This document shows, piece after piece, positions 40,201 through 52,300 of a stretch of DNA of 64,000 bases; positions within the stretch are counted from its first letter, which is position 1, and each line of letters starts with the position of its first letter. Made by a program: the position numbers and the translations under genes. The notes below the pieces were generated by a model. The model was not told the origin of the DNA. It did not search any database and saw nothing but the letters and a program-made list of their open reading frames with translations. Source of the DNA: Geosiphon pyriformis uo1 (lineage: Eukaryota > Fungi > Glomeromycota); contig JAAOMT010000299.1 of the NCBI GenBank assembly GCA_016748015.1, positions 471,090 to 535,089 of the forward strand, written 5' to 3'.

Positions 40201-43200
40201 CAAAAAGAATTGTTCTACATGTAAAACAAAACTTATTGTTCTATTTTTCTTGTCTTTTTGGTCATCCAAAGCATTCAAAAATACATAGGTGGCAGTAGTA
40301 TTTAGTGACCATTGGCTATTCTTTATTGTTACTACAACAAATGTCTATTGTTGACAATTTTTTGCCATAATCAATACAAATTAGCTTGAATTGACAATAG
40401 TTTGGCTGTAGTTGAGTGGTAGTAGTGTATGGTATATATGTAAAAATAGTTGCTTGGGTTTCTTTTTCTTCTTTTTTTTTTCCTTTTTCTTTCTCTTCCT
40501 ATGTAGGTATTAATAGTAACTTATTGTGTTCTTCTTTGGCCCATAATATCTAATATGTTTCCCAGGTAGGTTTTTTTTCTTTTTCTTCCAACTCAATTAG
40601 TGGCTGTTTATTGGTGGTAGTCTTAAAATGACCACAAATAGCTGGTATTCACATGTATTGGCTATTTTGACTGAATTGTAGCTCTTGGGTGTTCTAGTTA
40701 AACACTACATTGGTTTTAAACAGTCAGTTATTACCAATGAGGGCTTAATACTGAGTAGCTTTCATTACCAATACGTTGATAGACATAATGATGCTGTTAA
40801 CTTCAAAAAGGAAGTTGTTGATTTCACTAATTAAAGTTTTTATTGCTCCATCAGCTATTATTATCTTGGCACTGGCAACACAATTAACTTGGTGACTTAA
40901 TTGGTTCATGAATTACTTGGTAATAATACTGTCTACTGAACTGCTATCCAGGATCAGTTTAATAGAATGGCCATCAACTTTTGCATTAGTATATATGGTC
41001 ATGATTGCTTTGGTATTAAAATTGGTTCCACTAAATATGGATGTTGTTGCTGGTTCTTCAAGTTTAAAAAAAAAAGTGGCTTCTAATAAGTCATTGTTGG
41101 TAATAGTTGCTGATAGAATGTTGTTGGTAGGTGGTTGCTTTTGGTTGGGCTCTGGTTTGTTGAGTGATACATTTTCTGAGTTAACTAAAAGACTTAAATA
41201 GTTTTGAGAATTTGGGTTTTGGGTGTACTCAGTTCCTGAACTCTGCTAGTATGATCTTGATAATTGGTTTAAGGAGCTTAAGATCAGCTAATAAACAACT
41301 ATTTCCAATCTTCAATTCTGGATCATTCTTGGCCTTTGGTTTTTGAGTGTCATCTGAACTGTAATGTGTGATGGTATTTGAAGTTATTGAGATTAATAGA
41401 GAATTTGTGGCTGCAACTGATATATTATTAGTGCTGAAGGCTGATAAATTGAAGGTGAATATGTTTGTTGTGTCATGAATAGGTAATAAAGTTGGTAGTG
41501 ATATTGTTTGGATGATTGATTATTGGCATAATTCGAGATTTGAAACTGGTAATTAGAGTTTCAATATTGATTTTCTGATTATTGGTTATTTAATTTTTGG
41601 CAACAATCTATTCTTATGTGTTCTTGTTTACCACAATAGTAGCAGATACACATCTTTTACTGCTATTGTTAATTTAATAAATGTGACTAATTCTGGAGTT
41701 AATTAGAATTTCTTAGATTTTCATAATGTTGTGATGGCTGATAAATTGCCTAATTGTTATTATTAGCTAAGTACCCTTCAATTTTCTGATCAATAGTATT
41801 ACTAAATTGTTTTAGCTTAAAGTCCAATTCAGATGATCTATTTATTACTAGATTAACAGCTTGGAGGTGGTTGGCTTTTAACTCTGCTAATTCAAAATCT
41901 TGGACATATATGACTGCATTTTGGAGTGTATTTGGGTACATTAAATGTACTCTTTATAACAAGCTACTATACAATCTACAGATAAACTGATTCAGAATCT
42001 GTGGTGTTATAAAATAGTCAGCTTTAATGGCTTGTATTTGGCACAGATTTTTGTAAAAGCATCCCAAGTAGGTGGTAACTGCTTTAGTATTACCTTGTTT
42101 GATTGTAGTGATACTATTGGCTAGTCGGTTAATATTATTATTATCACTAAAATACTGTAGAAATGCAGTTTTAAATGCATTAAAGATTTGTGGTTTGTTG
42201 ATGAGATTCTAATACCATAAATTGGCAGTATCTTAGAAAAAATATGGGATTGCTTAAAGTGCTTTAACATCATCCCAGTTATTTGCTGTGATTGCTTTAG
42301 TAACATTATTTAACCAGGCTTGGGCATTATCCTTTTTACTAGTAAATTTTTCAAGTTTTGCAATTGGAGTGTAGACCATTGGTTGTTATAACTGTTGTTG
42401 AAGTTGTAATAGTGGTAGTTGTTGCTGAAGTTGTGGCTGTGGTTATTGTGGTAGTATGACAACTAATGGTGGATTGATCACAATTACTGAAGGTACATTT
42501 TGCCAATTAATAATATCAGGATTTGAATTATTCTAATTTTGTTAAGTTGTAATAATTGGAGTTTGAATTTCTGGGTTTTTTGAAATTGGGTTTTGATAGT
42601 TAAATTCTTGATTGTTGTCTTCCTCTTCTTTTGATTCCATTATTTTCTAAAGACTCATGGTTTCAAAATTTGGCTAAGGTGATAGTAATCAAAATTCTGA
42701 TGGCATTGGTAATTGTAAATTAAATCTTTCAAAATAATTACTGTAGGTTCTCAATAACTTTGCTTTTTTTTGTTTACTTTGAAATGGAAATTGGGCTGAT
42801 GCTGTTTTCGCATTTAATGTGAATATGCCTGTTAATAAAATGTTGATGGTACTTCCAAGTATATAGTGATATAATAGATTAGTTGGTGATTCAACTCTTG
42901 TTTTTTTTTAAGTAAGTGATTGTATTCTTTAAGATATTACTGCTGGTGTTTGTAGCTTTCTCTTGCTCTTGTTTACATAGGTAATTAAATATCTTTGTTG
43001 AGTGTGATTTTCAATTTCTTAATTGATTTCAGTAATAATAGATGCAAAGTTATGATTTACTAATAGGCTGATGTTTTGAATTAATTTGTTGTAAAAATTT
43101 TCTCTTGCTAATTTAATATCTACTAGTGTTTTTAGAAAATAAGAAATTCTCTTGTTGACATAGAAATTAAAGGCTAATTTTGCTAATAGGTGATTGCTGG

Positions 43201-43345
43201 TTAATTTCAAGTGTTAACAATAATATTGAAATAAGGATTTGGCAAATCCTAAATGGTTTGTCTTTATTCTTTCTGATTCTGCCACTTTTGAATGGTTGTT
43301 GTTGGTGCTGGTTTTCTGTAAGATTACATTTTACAGAAAGCACCA
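37268..43345 (-). pseudogene. Element F ORF1 (Gag-PR-Cys-rich-dUTPase-RT-RH)
   Basis: RT at 37727..38254; dUTPase at 38723..39493 (EFDLRY, KIAQTI, GFGSMG); ILDSS protease motif near 40940; gag CCHC remnant near 41640. Confidence 0.88.
43328..43345 (-). promoter_or_regulatory. PBS of F (TGGTGCTTTCTGTAAAAT, decayed)
   Basis: TGG 2 nt after the 5' LTR. Confidence 0.75.
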
Positions 43346-43347
43346 AA

Positions 43348-44192
43348 TGTTATAGATGATTATTTGGGGTCTCAAATCAAATAATAAACTCATAACTTGG
43401 TGTTTAATAGCCAATATAATTGGTAATATCTAAAGGTTTTGGTTGAGTCTTTTGTATAATAAACAGAGATTTAAGTGTTGTTTTATCCATAGCTTTTCAA
43501 AATTGCAATTTCATCAAATTTTTTTCTTCAATGTAGTGACCAGTTTATTCTGATAGTTGTGCCCTTCTAATAAGCTATCCTTAATCTTTGAGTATTCTAC
43601 CTTTGTTTTATGAGTCTTTTATTAGACTATTTTTGATATCAATAACTCAGTACTTAATCCTTAATCAATTAATATATAACAATAAAAAAAAATAAAAGCA
43701 GAAAAAAAATAAAAAAGAAATTTAAGCCAAGGCAATTTTATGTTAGTATCTTGTCATTAGCTATAATTAAGAACTATTGTTCCAGTATAATCAAATATCA
43801 GAAATTATTAACATAAAGTGATAATAGTGAGAAAAGTGATTTAGATGGTAAATAATTATTTATTGATATTAATAATTCTAATTAAAATGTTTTAATAGAA
43901 AGATCTTGCTATCATTCTTTCTTTTAATACTTTTACTATATATATATAATTTGGATTCTATGAGATCACTCACATTTTTGAGCAATATGCTATAATTTTT
44001 TAAGCAATACTCACATTGTTAAGCAATGTGCCATGATTTTTTGACAATGTTTCACATTGCTGAGCAATATGTCATAATTCTTGATAATACTTTATATTGC
44101 TAAACAATATGTTTATGTGTTAACTACTATTTTTTTATTGGTCTATCTGTTTTTTTTACTATTTTCTTGTATGCTTTTTTCTATAAATAATA
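43348..44192 (-). repeat. 5' LTR of F
   Basis: Direct repeat of 34319-35178; U3 tandem units containing the quasi-palindrome ATTGCTGAGCAAT. Confidence 0.92.
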
Positions 44193-44196
44193 CTGC

Positions 44197-45366
44197 TTAA
44201 TAAAGTAATAAACATTCCTAAAAACAGATCTTTCTTTATATATTAATATATATTTTAATATCAAATTTAAAAAAAAACTTAATATTTAAGTAAGTTTTAA
44301 TTAAATTAAGTTTTAAAGTTCTTTTTTATTTACAATAAAAATTGATAAATTATTAATAAATAAAACAATATTCTTAATATATTAATTAATTAAAATAATT
44401 ATTGTTTTATTATTATTAATTAAAATATTATTGATTTTGAAAATTTATTTGTAATATTCAAAATATATTGAATAGAAATATAATTATTTTTTAATTTAAA
44501 TTGTATTATTAACATATTAGCTGTTAAATAAAAAATATATTATTTATATATATATTTACTTTTAATTATATAAAATATCTAATATTTTTTAATATTTTAA
44601 TATTTTTGAAATCTTTTAATATTTTTTAATATTACATATTTACAATTTAATATTTGATTAATATTATTGTTATTTTTGTTATTTTTTATTGGCAAAAATT
44701 ATAATTATTTGGTTTTAAATTATAAAATTTTTTTAATTTGGTTGAACTTTTTTTTTTTTTTTATTGTATTTAAAATTTTTATAAATTGGTTTATTAACTT
44801 AATATTATATATTAAATTAATGTTTTTACATATATGTAATTTTAAAAGTTGTTATAAATTTTAATTTATTTTATTAAAAATTTAATTTTATAAAATTTAT
44901 AATTTAGTTTATTAATTATTTTGTTTATTTTGTTTTTTATTATTAATAAAAATTCTGTTGTAAAATTAAATTTTTAAGTATTATTATTCAAATTACAAAT
45001 TAAAAATTTTAGTTAAACAATAATTAATATGTTTATTTTAAGTTTAAAAATAAATTTGGTAATATTTTATTATATAATATGTAAATTAAAATTTAATATA
45101 AATAATAATATATATTTAATAATTTAATAATATTAATAAATATAATAATTAAATAAAAAATTTTATTATTAAAAATAATTATTTAAATAATTATATTAAC
45201 AAAAAAAACTAAATTTGTTTTTTGTTTGATTTAAAATAGTTTAATTGGTTTAAATAATTGGTTATATATTATTTATAGCATAATTTATTTTTAATATATA
45301 ATATTTATATTGTACAAAAATAATTAATAATTAAATTACATAAAACAATTTATTAAATTATTTTGT
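44197..45366. other. Extremely AT-rich degenerate DNA
   Basis: Almost exclusively A/T with no credible ORF. Confidence 0.6.
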
Positions 45367-46133
45367 ATTAAATAATAAAAACTTATAAACTTCTTTCTCT
45401 CTTTCGTCCAAAATTCCCAAAAAAGAGTCAAAAAGTTTTATTGAAAAAAGTTTTTTAGCCATTCAGTACAACAAATCCAAACCGTTTTTTGATTTCGAGG
45501 CCACCATTGACCCTATTATTGCTGTCATGAAGGAGGTTGCAAGAAATTCTGGTGCTGGTGGTGGGTTTAGACCTGTTTTGTCAAGAAAAAAAAGAAAGAG
45601 TGGTGTTTTGGCTAAGAGTGTTTTGGTGGAAGGAGGTGTTGTTAAAACAACTGGTAATCTTTCACATCATTCTGAGACTGGTAATACTATTGAGTCTGAG
45701 AGTGTTAACATAGAGGAAGAGTGCCTTATTGAGAAAACCAGTATCGATTATGGTGAAAGAAATGTCTTTGAGGGTGGGGACTCCAACCAAACACTAAAGA
45801 GTTCAGATATCAAAATCAAGACCAAGAAAGTATTGGGCACACCACTGAGCAAAATCAACTTTGAGGATGGCTTTGATGATGGTGATTTTCTGGATAAGTC
45901 TGCTCTCCTTTCACCACCTCTTCTGCTCAAACCTTCTGTTTATGTTTCTGTTCACAAATCCTTTGCTTTGGATATTGATTTGGTGGCTGTTGCTGAGAAA
46001 TTCTCTCAAGAAAAAGTCAATTTTGTCAGGAAAATTTTTTCTGGTGTGAATGGTTTTGGGGGGGCTTCTACTTCCTCAAAATTTGGTGGAATCATCTTGG
46101 CGTCTTTCACTTCTAAACAGGCAATGATGATGG

Positions 46134-47114
46134 TGTTACCAGAGGTTTTTGGTCTCTTTTCTTAAATGTTGTCGATGCTTGTTTGCTGTAAATTCACGTT
46201 TTCTGGATGTGGTTAAACCTCCAATAACTGAATTTATCTTCAAATTATCTCCTATAATTTGAACTGCTGGGCTTATAAGTGGAATGGCCAATTTCTTGCC
46301 AGTTACTTTATGTAGTTACGTTGTAGTAAATATCAATTCTTTCCCAGAAATTGCTCGTCTGGAAGCTCACTAAAATGTATAGTTACTTTGCTGTAAAAGT
46401 CAACTCTTCTACAGGAATCTTGTCTGTAGGCTACCCTAATGATTGTAATAAAAAAAGAAAAGAAAAATAAAAAAAATGTAAAAAAAATAGAATTTTTGTT
46501 AAGAGAAACGTTTTCTATTCAGGCCTGAAGTCATTAACAGTTTACTGAATTTGGTAGCTAATCAATTTCGAAATGTTAGTTGGGTTTTTGGGGGTTTTTC
46601 CAAGTACAATAATTAAAAAATTTGGTTTTTCAAATTATTTGATATTTATTTCTTTTTGTGTGTATAGGAATGGTTTTAAGAGATAAATCTAAAGTAAGAT
46701 ACATTTTCTCAAAGAAAGAAGCTCTTCTTTTATACAACTTGTTATAACACTATTCTATGAACTTGAACTTTGCTATTTTCTATAATTTTGCTGAACTAAA
46801 GATACATTTTGGTGAACTACAAGTTATTTCTGTGAACTATTAGATATTTTGGTAAACTATTAATTATTTCGGCAAATTTCTACAAATTTCGGCAAACTTT
46901 TAAATATTACATAGTTCGGGATAATGCATAATTGATCATCGCAATTAGGTTACATTTGTGTTGTGTACAATTTGGGTTATTAATTAAATGATAATTTCGG
47001 ACATTTTTGCTAATGTAATAAGTGATAATTTGAAACGATAATATATGCTAATTAATGATAGAAATTATAAGATAATTTCATGCTAAATAATATTTCTAAT
47101 TTCGTCTGGTAACA
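46134..47114 (-). repeat. 3' LTR of E
   Basis: TGTTAC...GTAACA termini; adjacent PPT (reverse complement GAGGAGGAGATTA). Confidence 0.96.
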
Positions 47115-47802
47115 TAATCTCCTCCTCAAGACTGAGCTCCGTTGAAGTCCAAGTACTGTTTGTTATTTCCAGATAATAATCCAAAATTATTGAAAAAATT
47201 TGGTCTGAAAATTGTTGAAATTTCAGTTCTGTGAGCTTTCCAATGTATTGAATCTTCAAAGGTTGAAAAATTGGGTTTTGTAGTATGTTTTCACAGGTGT
47301 GGAATAGGTTATAAAGTCTAAAAGCAGCTTTGAGCCTGTAGTGACTGTTTGTTGATCCAGCTGTTGTCTTGAATTTGTTGTGGAGTTGTTTCTGAATAGC
47401 TTTTTTTGTGAGGTTTGCTGTTGTAAGTTTCAGTTTCTGTTTGTAAAGTGTTTTTTCAATGTGAAAATATCTATAGATTGGAGGATATTCAGTGTTTTTT
47501 TCATTGAGACACAGTTGAAGTCTTTGTTGAATTGTAGTATTTGGTAGAATACTAATCAGAGTGAGCATTAGGTTTTCTCTTAAAGCAAGCTTTAAAAGTT
47601 CTGGCAGGTGAATTCCAGTATAACTTCTTGTGTTCTTCTTATACGGGTGATATTTTCGTGAATTTGGGGCTAAATTTGTAACTACTTCTGTTTGGGTATA
47701 ATTAATGTGGTTTCCAGTAACAGTAATGGATAATTCAGGTATTGTTTTTAAAGCTAACATTAGTTTTTGGGATAATTGTTGAATGTTTTAAGGAATAGTC
47801 AT
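47083..47802 (-). pseudogene. Element E ORF3; one early stop at codon 5, otherwise open
   Basis: MTIP*NIQQLSQKLMLALK... matches A ORF3 MIIPRNIQQISQKLMLALK... Confidence 0.82.
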
Positions 47803-47923
47803 TATAAGCAATTTGAAATAACAGAAAATTATTTTTGGTGTATGGGTTTTTATGTTATTTTTGTTTTGTTTTTGTGAGATTGTTTCTAATTTATAAGAAG
47901 ATAACTATAATAATAAATTTAAA

Positions 47924-49309
47924 TTAAGTGTTCAAGTTGGGAGGCTGTTCAATGACAACTATTGGTTCTAAATTTCGGAGAATGTCTTTGAGATTGATTA
48001 AAGGGAAATGTGTACCAATTTGTGGAATTAATGGTTCAGGATTGTTTCTGGAATTATAGTGTTTCAAATGATCTCCATGTGCAACTTTTGCTAGAATTTT
48101 GTCATCAAGTTTTAGCTTGTATGATCTGTTGCCTAAAACTTCATGGATAAAGAATGGTCCATCCCATTTATTTTCAAATTTTCCACTCCATTGTTTTTCA
48201 GCTTTAGTTCTGTATAAGAGAACTTTGTTTCCAATTTTAAATTCATTGGTGACTGGAGACAATTTGTCATCATGCCGTTCTTTTTGTTGAGCTTGGGAGT
48301 GTTCAATATAGGTGGCTGCTATTCGTCATTTTCCTTCCAATATGCTAAGCAGAGTGTAGGCTCTTTGCTAAAGCATTTTTTGGAAATTGTTTTTATCGAT
48401 TGGTTGTGTTGGGTATGTTTCCACTGTGAAACTAATTGGTAATGTTGCTGTTCTTCCATAAGTTAAATCAAATGGTGTGTGTTTTGTGGTATCTTGTTTT
48501 AGTGTTCTATATGCTAGTAACACTAATGGAATAAAGAGATCCCATTCTTGCTCAAAATCAGTTGAAACTTTGGCTAATGATTCACACAATGTTCTGTTAA
48601 ACTGTTCTACAAGTCTATTTGTTTGTGAATGGTAGGGTGAAGATAATGATCTCTTAACATTAAATCATCCACAAATTTCCTGGATTAAATTGTTCACAAA
48701 ATGTGTTCTTTGATCAGATAAAAGTTCCATTGGGCATCCATGTCTACAAATGATGTCTTTGTAGATGAAGTTTGCTACTGATTTTGCATCTACCCGTTGA
48801 ATGGCTCTGGCTTTAGGCCATTTGGTGAGATAGTCTATGGCTACTGCAATATAACAATTCCCTTGGTTTGTGATAGGTAGTGGTCTGACTAAATTGATAC
48901 CAACTTTGTCAAAAGACTGTCCAACTTTGATTGGGTTTAAAGGTTCTGTAGGGCGAGTTCCTCCTCTTTTTTGACAATTATCACAAGATTCAACATATTT
49001 GTGAATGTCTTTTTTCATTTGAGACCAAAAGTAGTATTCTAGTGTTCTTTGGGTGGTGCTGTCTTTTCCGAAGTAGGCTGATGAAGGATCTGAGTGCATA
49101 TTGTATAATATAGTCTCTTTTTCATGTTCTTGTATTAATCTAAGTGGTTTGTCTGGGTTTTTGAAATTTCGATGATAAATAATGTTGTTGTGTAGAAAAT
49201 ATTGTTTGGCTTGTTGTTGTAGTCGATATTTTTCATTTGGAGACCAATCTGTTGGAATTGTTAATGTTTCCAAATATTGTTTGAGATTGTTGTAGTTTTC
49301 CGAATTCAT
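47924..49309 (-). pseudogene. Element E integrase (separate ORF, different frame from RT-RH)
   Basis: ORFs 48665..49309, 48368..48589 and 47924..48262 are in one frame; C-terminal W.GPF module, no chromodomain. Confidence 0.92.
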
Positions 49310-49361
49310 TGTTTGTTGGCTCTTTTGGTTGGTTAAGTTGAGTGTTGGTTTTTGTGTTTTT

Positions 49362-52300
49362 CTAATTTTGTCTCATTCTGGAGAGACAGTCAATATTGGT
49401 GTGGAGTTTTTCTAGTTTGTAATGTACTATGTATCGATAGTTTACTAGAAATTCTGTCCATTAGGTTTGTTTTGCATTCAGCTGAGTATTTTTGTTCTGA
49501 AGCCATTTGAGTCCAATATTATCAGTAATAATATTGAATTCTTTAGGCCTGAGATAAAGGTTGAAGTGGTGTAGGGCCCAAGAAACAGCTGCTGTTTCTC
49601 GTTCTGTGGTAGGGTAGTTTTTCTCAGCTGGTTTTAATGTTCTGCTAGCATAAGCAATTACTTGCTCATTTCTGTTGTCATCTAGTTGTGATAAGATGGC
49701 ACCAAAGGCAGTATACGAAGCATCTGTAGCTAGTCAAAATCAGTTGCTGAAATCTGGGTAGGCAAGAATTGGAGCTGTTGTCAGTTTTTCTTTGAGAATT
49801 TCAAAAGCTTTTTGGTGTTCGGTAGTCCATTTGTATTCAACATTTTTGGTGGTGAGCTGGTTGAGGGGTTTTGCAATTTCCGAGAATCCTTTGATAAATT
49901 TCCAATAGTAGGATGCTAATTCTATGAATCCTCTTAGTTCTGTAGTGTTTTGAACAGTTTTGAAGTTTTTGACAATGCTGATTTTTCCAGGGTCTGGTTT
50001 GATTCCATCTTTACTAACGATATCACCAAGGAAGGCCAGGCTTGTTTTTCTAAAGTAGCATTTTTTGATATTAAGTTTTAGTCCTGTTTTTTGTAATCGT
50101 TGAAAAACTTCTCGCAGGTGTTTTAAGTGTAATTCAAATGATAGAGAATAAACATCAGTATCATCAAGATAAACAACTACTGACTTCCAAAGAAGTCCTT
50201 GGTACACAACATCCATTAATCTCTGAAACATTGCTGGTGCATTGCATAATCCAAAAGGCATTACATTGAACTCGTAATTTCCGCTTTGGGTGGTGAATGC
50301 TGTTTTGGGGTGATTGTTGGGATCCATAGTAACTTGCCAGTAACCGCTTTCTAAATCTAGTGTTGAAAAGTATTTGGAATTTCCAAGAGCATCTAACATG
50401 TCATCAATTCAGGGAAGGGGGTAGGTGTCTTCAATTGTAACACTGTTGAGTTGTCAATAGTCAACACAAAATCGGATCTTTCCATTTTTCTTTTTAACTA
50501 ACACTACAGGTAAAGCCCAAAGACTTATAGAGGGTTGGATGAGCCCATTGTTAAGCATTTGTTGTACTTCTTCTCAGATGAATTGGTGGCTTTTTGGAGC
50601 AACTTGATATGCTTGTTGTCTTCTTGGTTTGGCATCTCCTGTATAAATTTGGTGTTGGACTAAATTGGTTCTTCCTAAGTTATTGTTGTTTTCAGCAAAG
50701 ATATCGGCAAATTCTGCAATTAGCTCTTTAAGTTGAGTCTATTGTTGTGATTCAAGTTGTCCCATGTTGATTCGAGATAGTTTTTCTATGACAACATAGT
50801 AGTTTTCAGAGCTGGGGTTTGGGTTGATTTTTGGTAGTGAATGTCCAATAATTTCAGAGAAATCGGGGACTGTTTGGGGTAATTCTTGTTGAAATATATT
50901 ACTGTGAATAACTTCAATTTCTAAATTATTTAATAAAATTATGGGGTAATTATTGGGGTTGTAAAAAGTAACTTGGACTTTTTTTGTTCCTTCTGGAATA
51001 TAAATGTTTGGGATCAAAATATTATGTTCCAAACAGACTTGTTCATTAGACTCAAAAATTTGTTGTGTGGTTGTTGGCTTTGAGCAGGTGTAGATTTCCG
51101 GATGTTCTCCAAAGGGTAAGATAGTAATTGGTTGTGGAAGTCTGAGAATCTGGTGGGATTCGTTCTGTGTGTTAAGAGCTATATTAACTGAAACTGTGAA
51201 TCGTCCAGTTGAACCAAAATCTTGGGTTTCTCTATCGCTTTTTCCTAATTGTTCTCTTTGATTGACTAGTTGTAAACCCGAAATGTTGATTAAGGGTAGA
51301 TAAATAGCTTGGGCAATTTTTTCAGCATGTTCGATCTTGAATGGTTTGTCAGTTTCATTTTGAAGCATCACTGTAATGTCTCCAGTATATCCAGCATCAA
51401 TTATTCCTCTTTTGACATTAATTTCTTTGCTTGCCAGAGAGGACCGGGAAGTGATTTGAACCATTGCTCCTAACAGGATTTTGAGTGCAATTTTGAGGTT
51501 GATTTTTGTGAGAGATTTGGGTTTGAGAACAAGAGTATCCTTGTCTGAATATCTTAGATCATATCCAGCATCAATTTCGAGTGCTTTTTTGGGTTTTATT
51601 CTGTGTCCGTTGTTGTTAAAGTATTTAAGTTGTAAGGCAGGCTGATTTTTGATAAGGTAAATAGGTGTTGTTTCAATTTCTTCCGTTGCTTCAGGTTCTC
51701 CAAATTCAATTTCATTTTCATCATTTTTGCTGGGCAAGGGGATACTAAGAGCATAGCATTCAGGACACCACTGTTCATCGCAAGGCATAATGCATTTTTC
51801 ACATAGCCTAATGTTTATTTGCTCTAATTGTTGAATTTGAGCTTCATGGGTTGGGTAGATGTGACTTGCAATTTGGTGGTAGACTTCTACTTCATCTTTA
51901 TAATTGAATCCAACTAATTCCATGATGTATTCAATGTATTCTGCTTCTTTCATTTGACGAACATTTTCTTTGATAGCTCCATTAATTAATGCTATTGCTA
52001 GATCAAAAATCATCTCAGCATCATGGGGGTAGTAATAAAGTTTGTTGAGAGCACTGTTGTATGCCGCATTAAAGAATGTTCCTTTTTTTACTTTCTCTGA
52101 AATTGATAAAGCATATTGGCAGATTTGATTGCAGACTTCTCCTCTCATGGCTATATCAATCCAATTACATTCTTCCAGTAGCATATCTCCACAAGTCAAA
52201 CAAGGGGTGTTGTTCCATTTTCTGCTCCTTTTTATTAGATGGCCCCATCATTCTCTATGGCAAGCCTTGCAGTAATAACAAGTATGATTTTCATATTCTT

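Larger units (their letters stand above)
34319..44192 (-). mobile_element. Full-length Gypsy element F (family 2, 9.9 kb), strongly decayed
   Basis: Paired LTRs; perfect TSD CTGC at 34315-34318 and 44193-44196; all domains on the minus strand. Confidence 0.95.

Noticed and set aside
44667-44864. 65-aa hydrophobic ORF
   Set aside because: A low-complexity F/I/L/K/N product of AT-only DNA.
47924-48262. Chromodomain at the integrase C-terminus
   Set aside because: The region is a GPY/F plus SH3-like module ending in PRNLEP; no chromodomain signature is visible.
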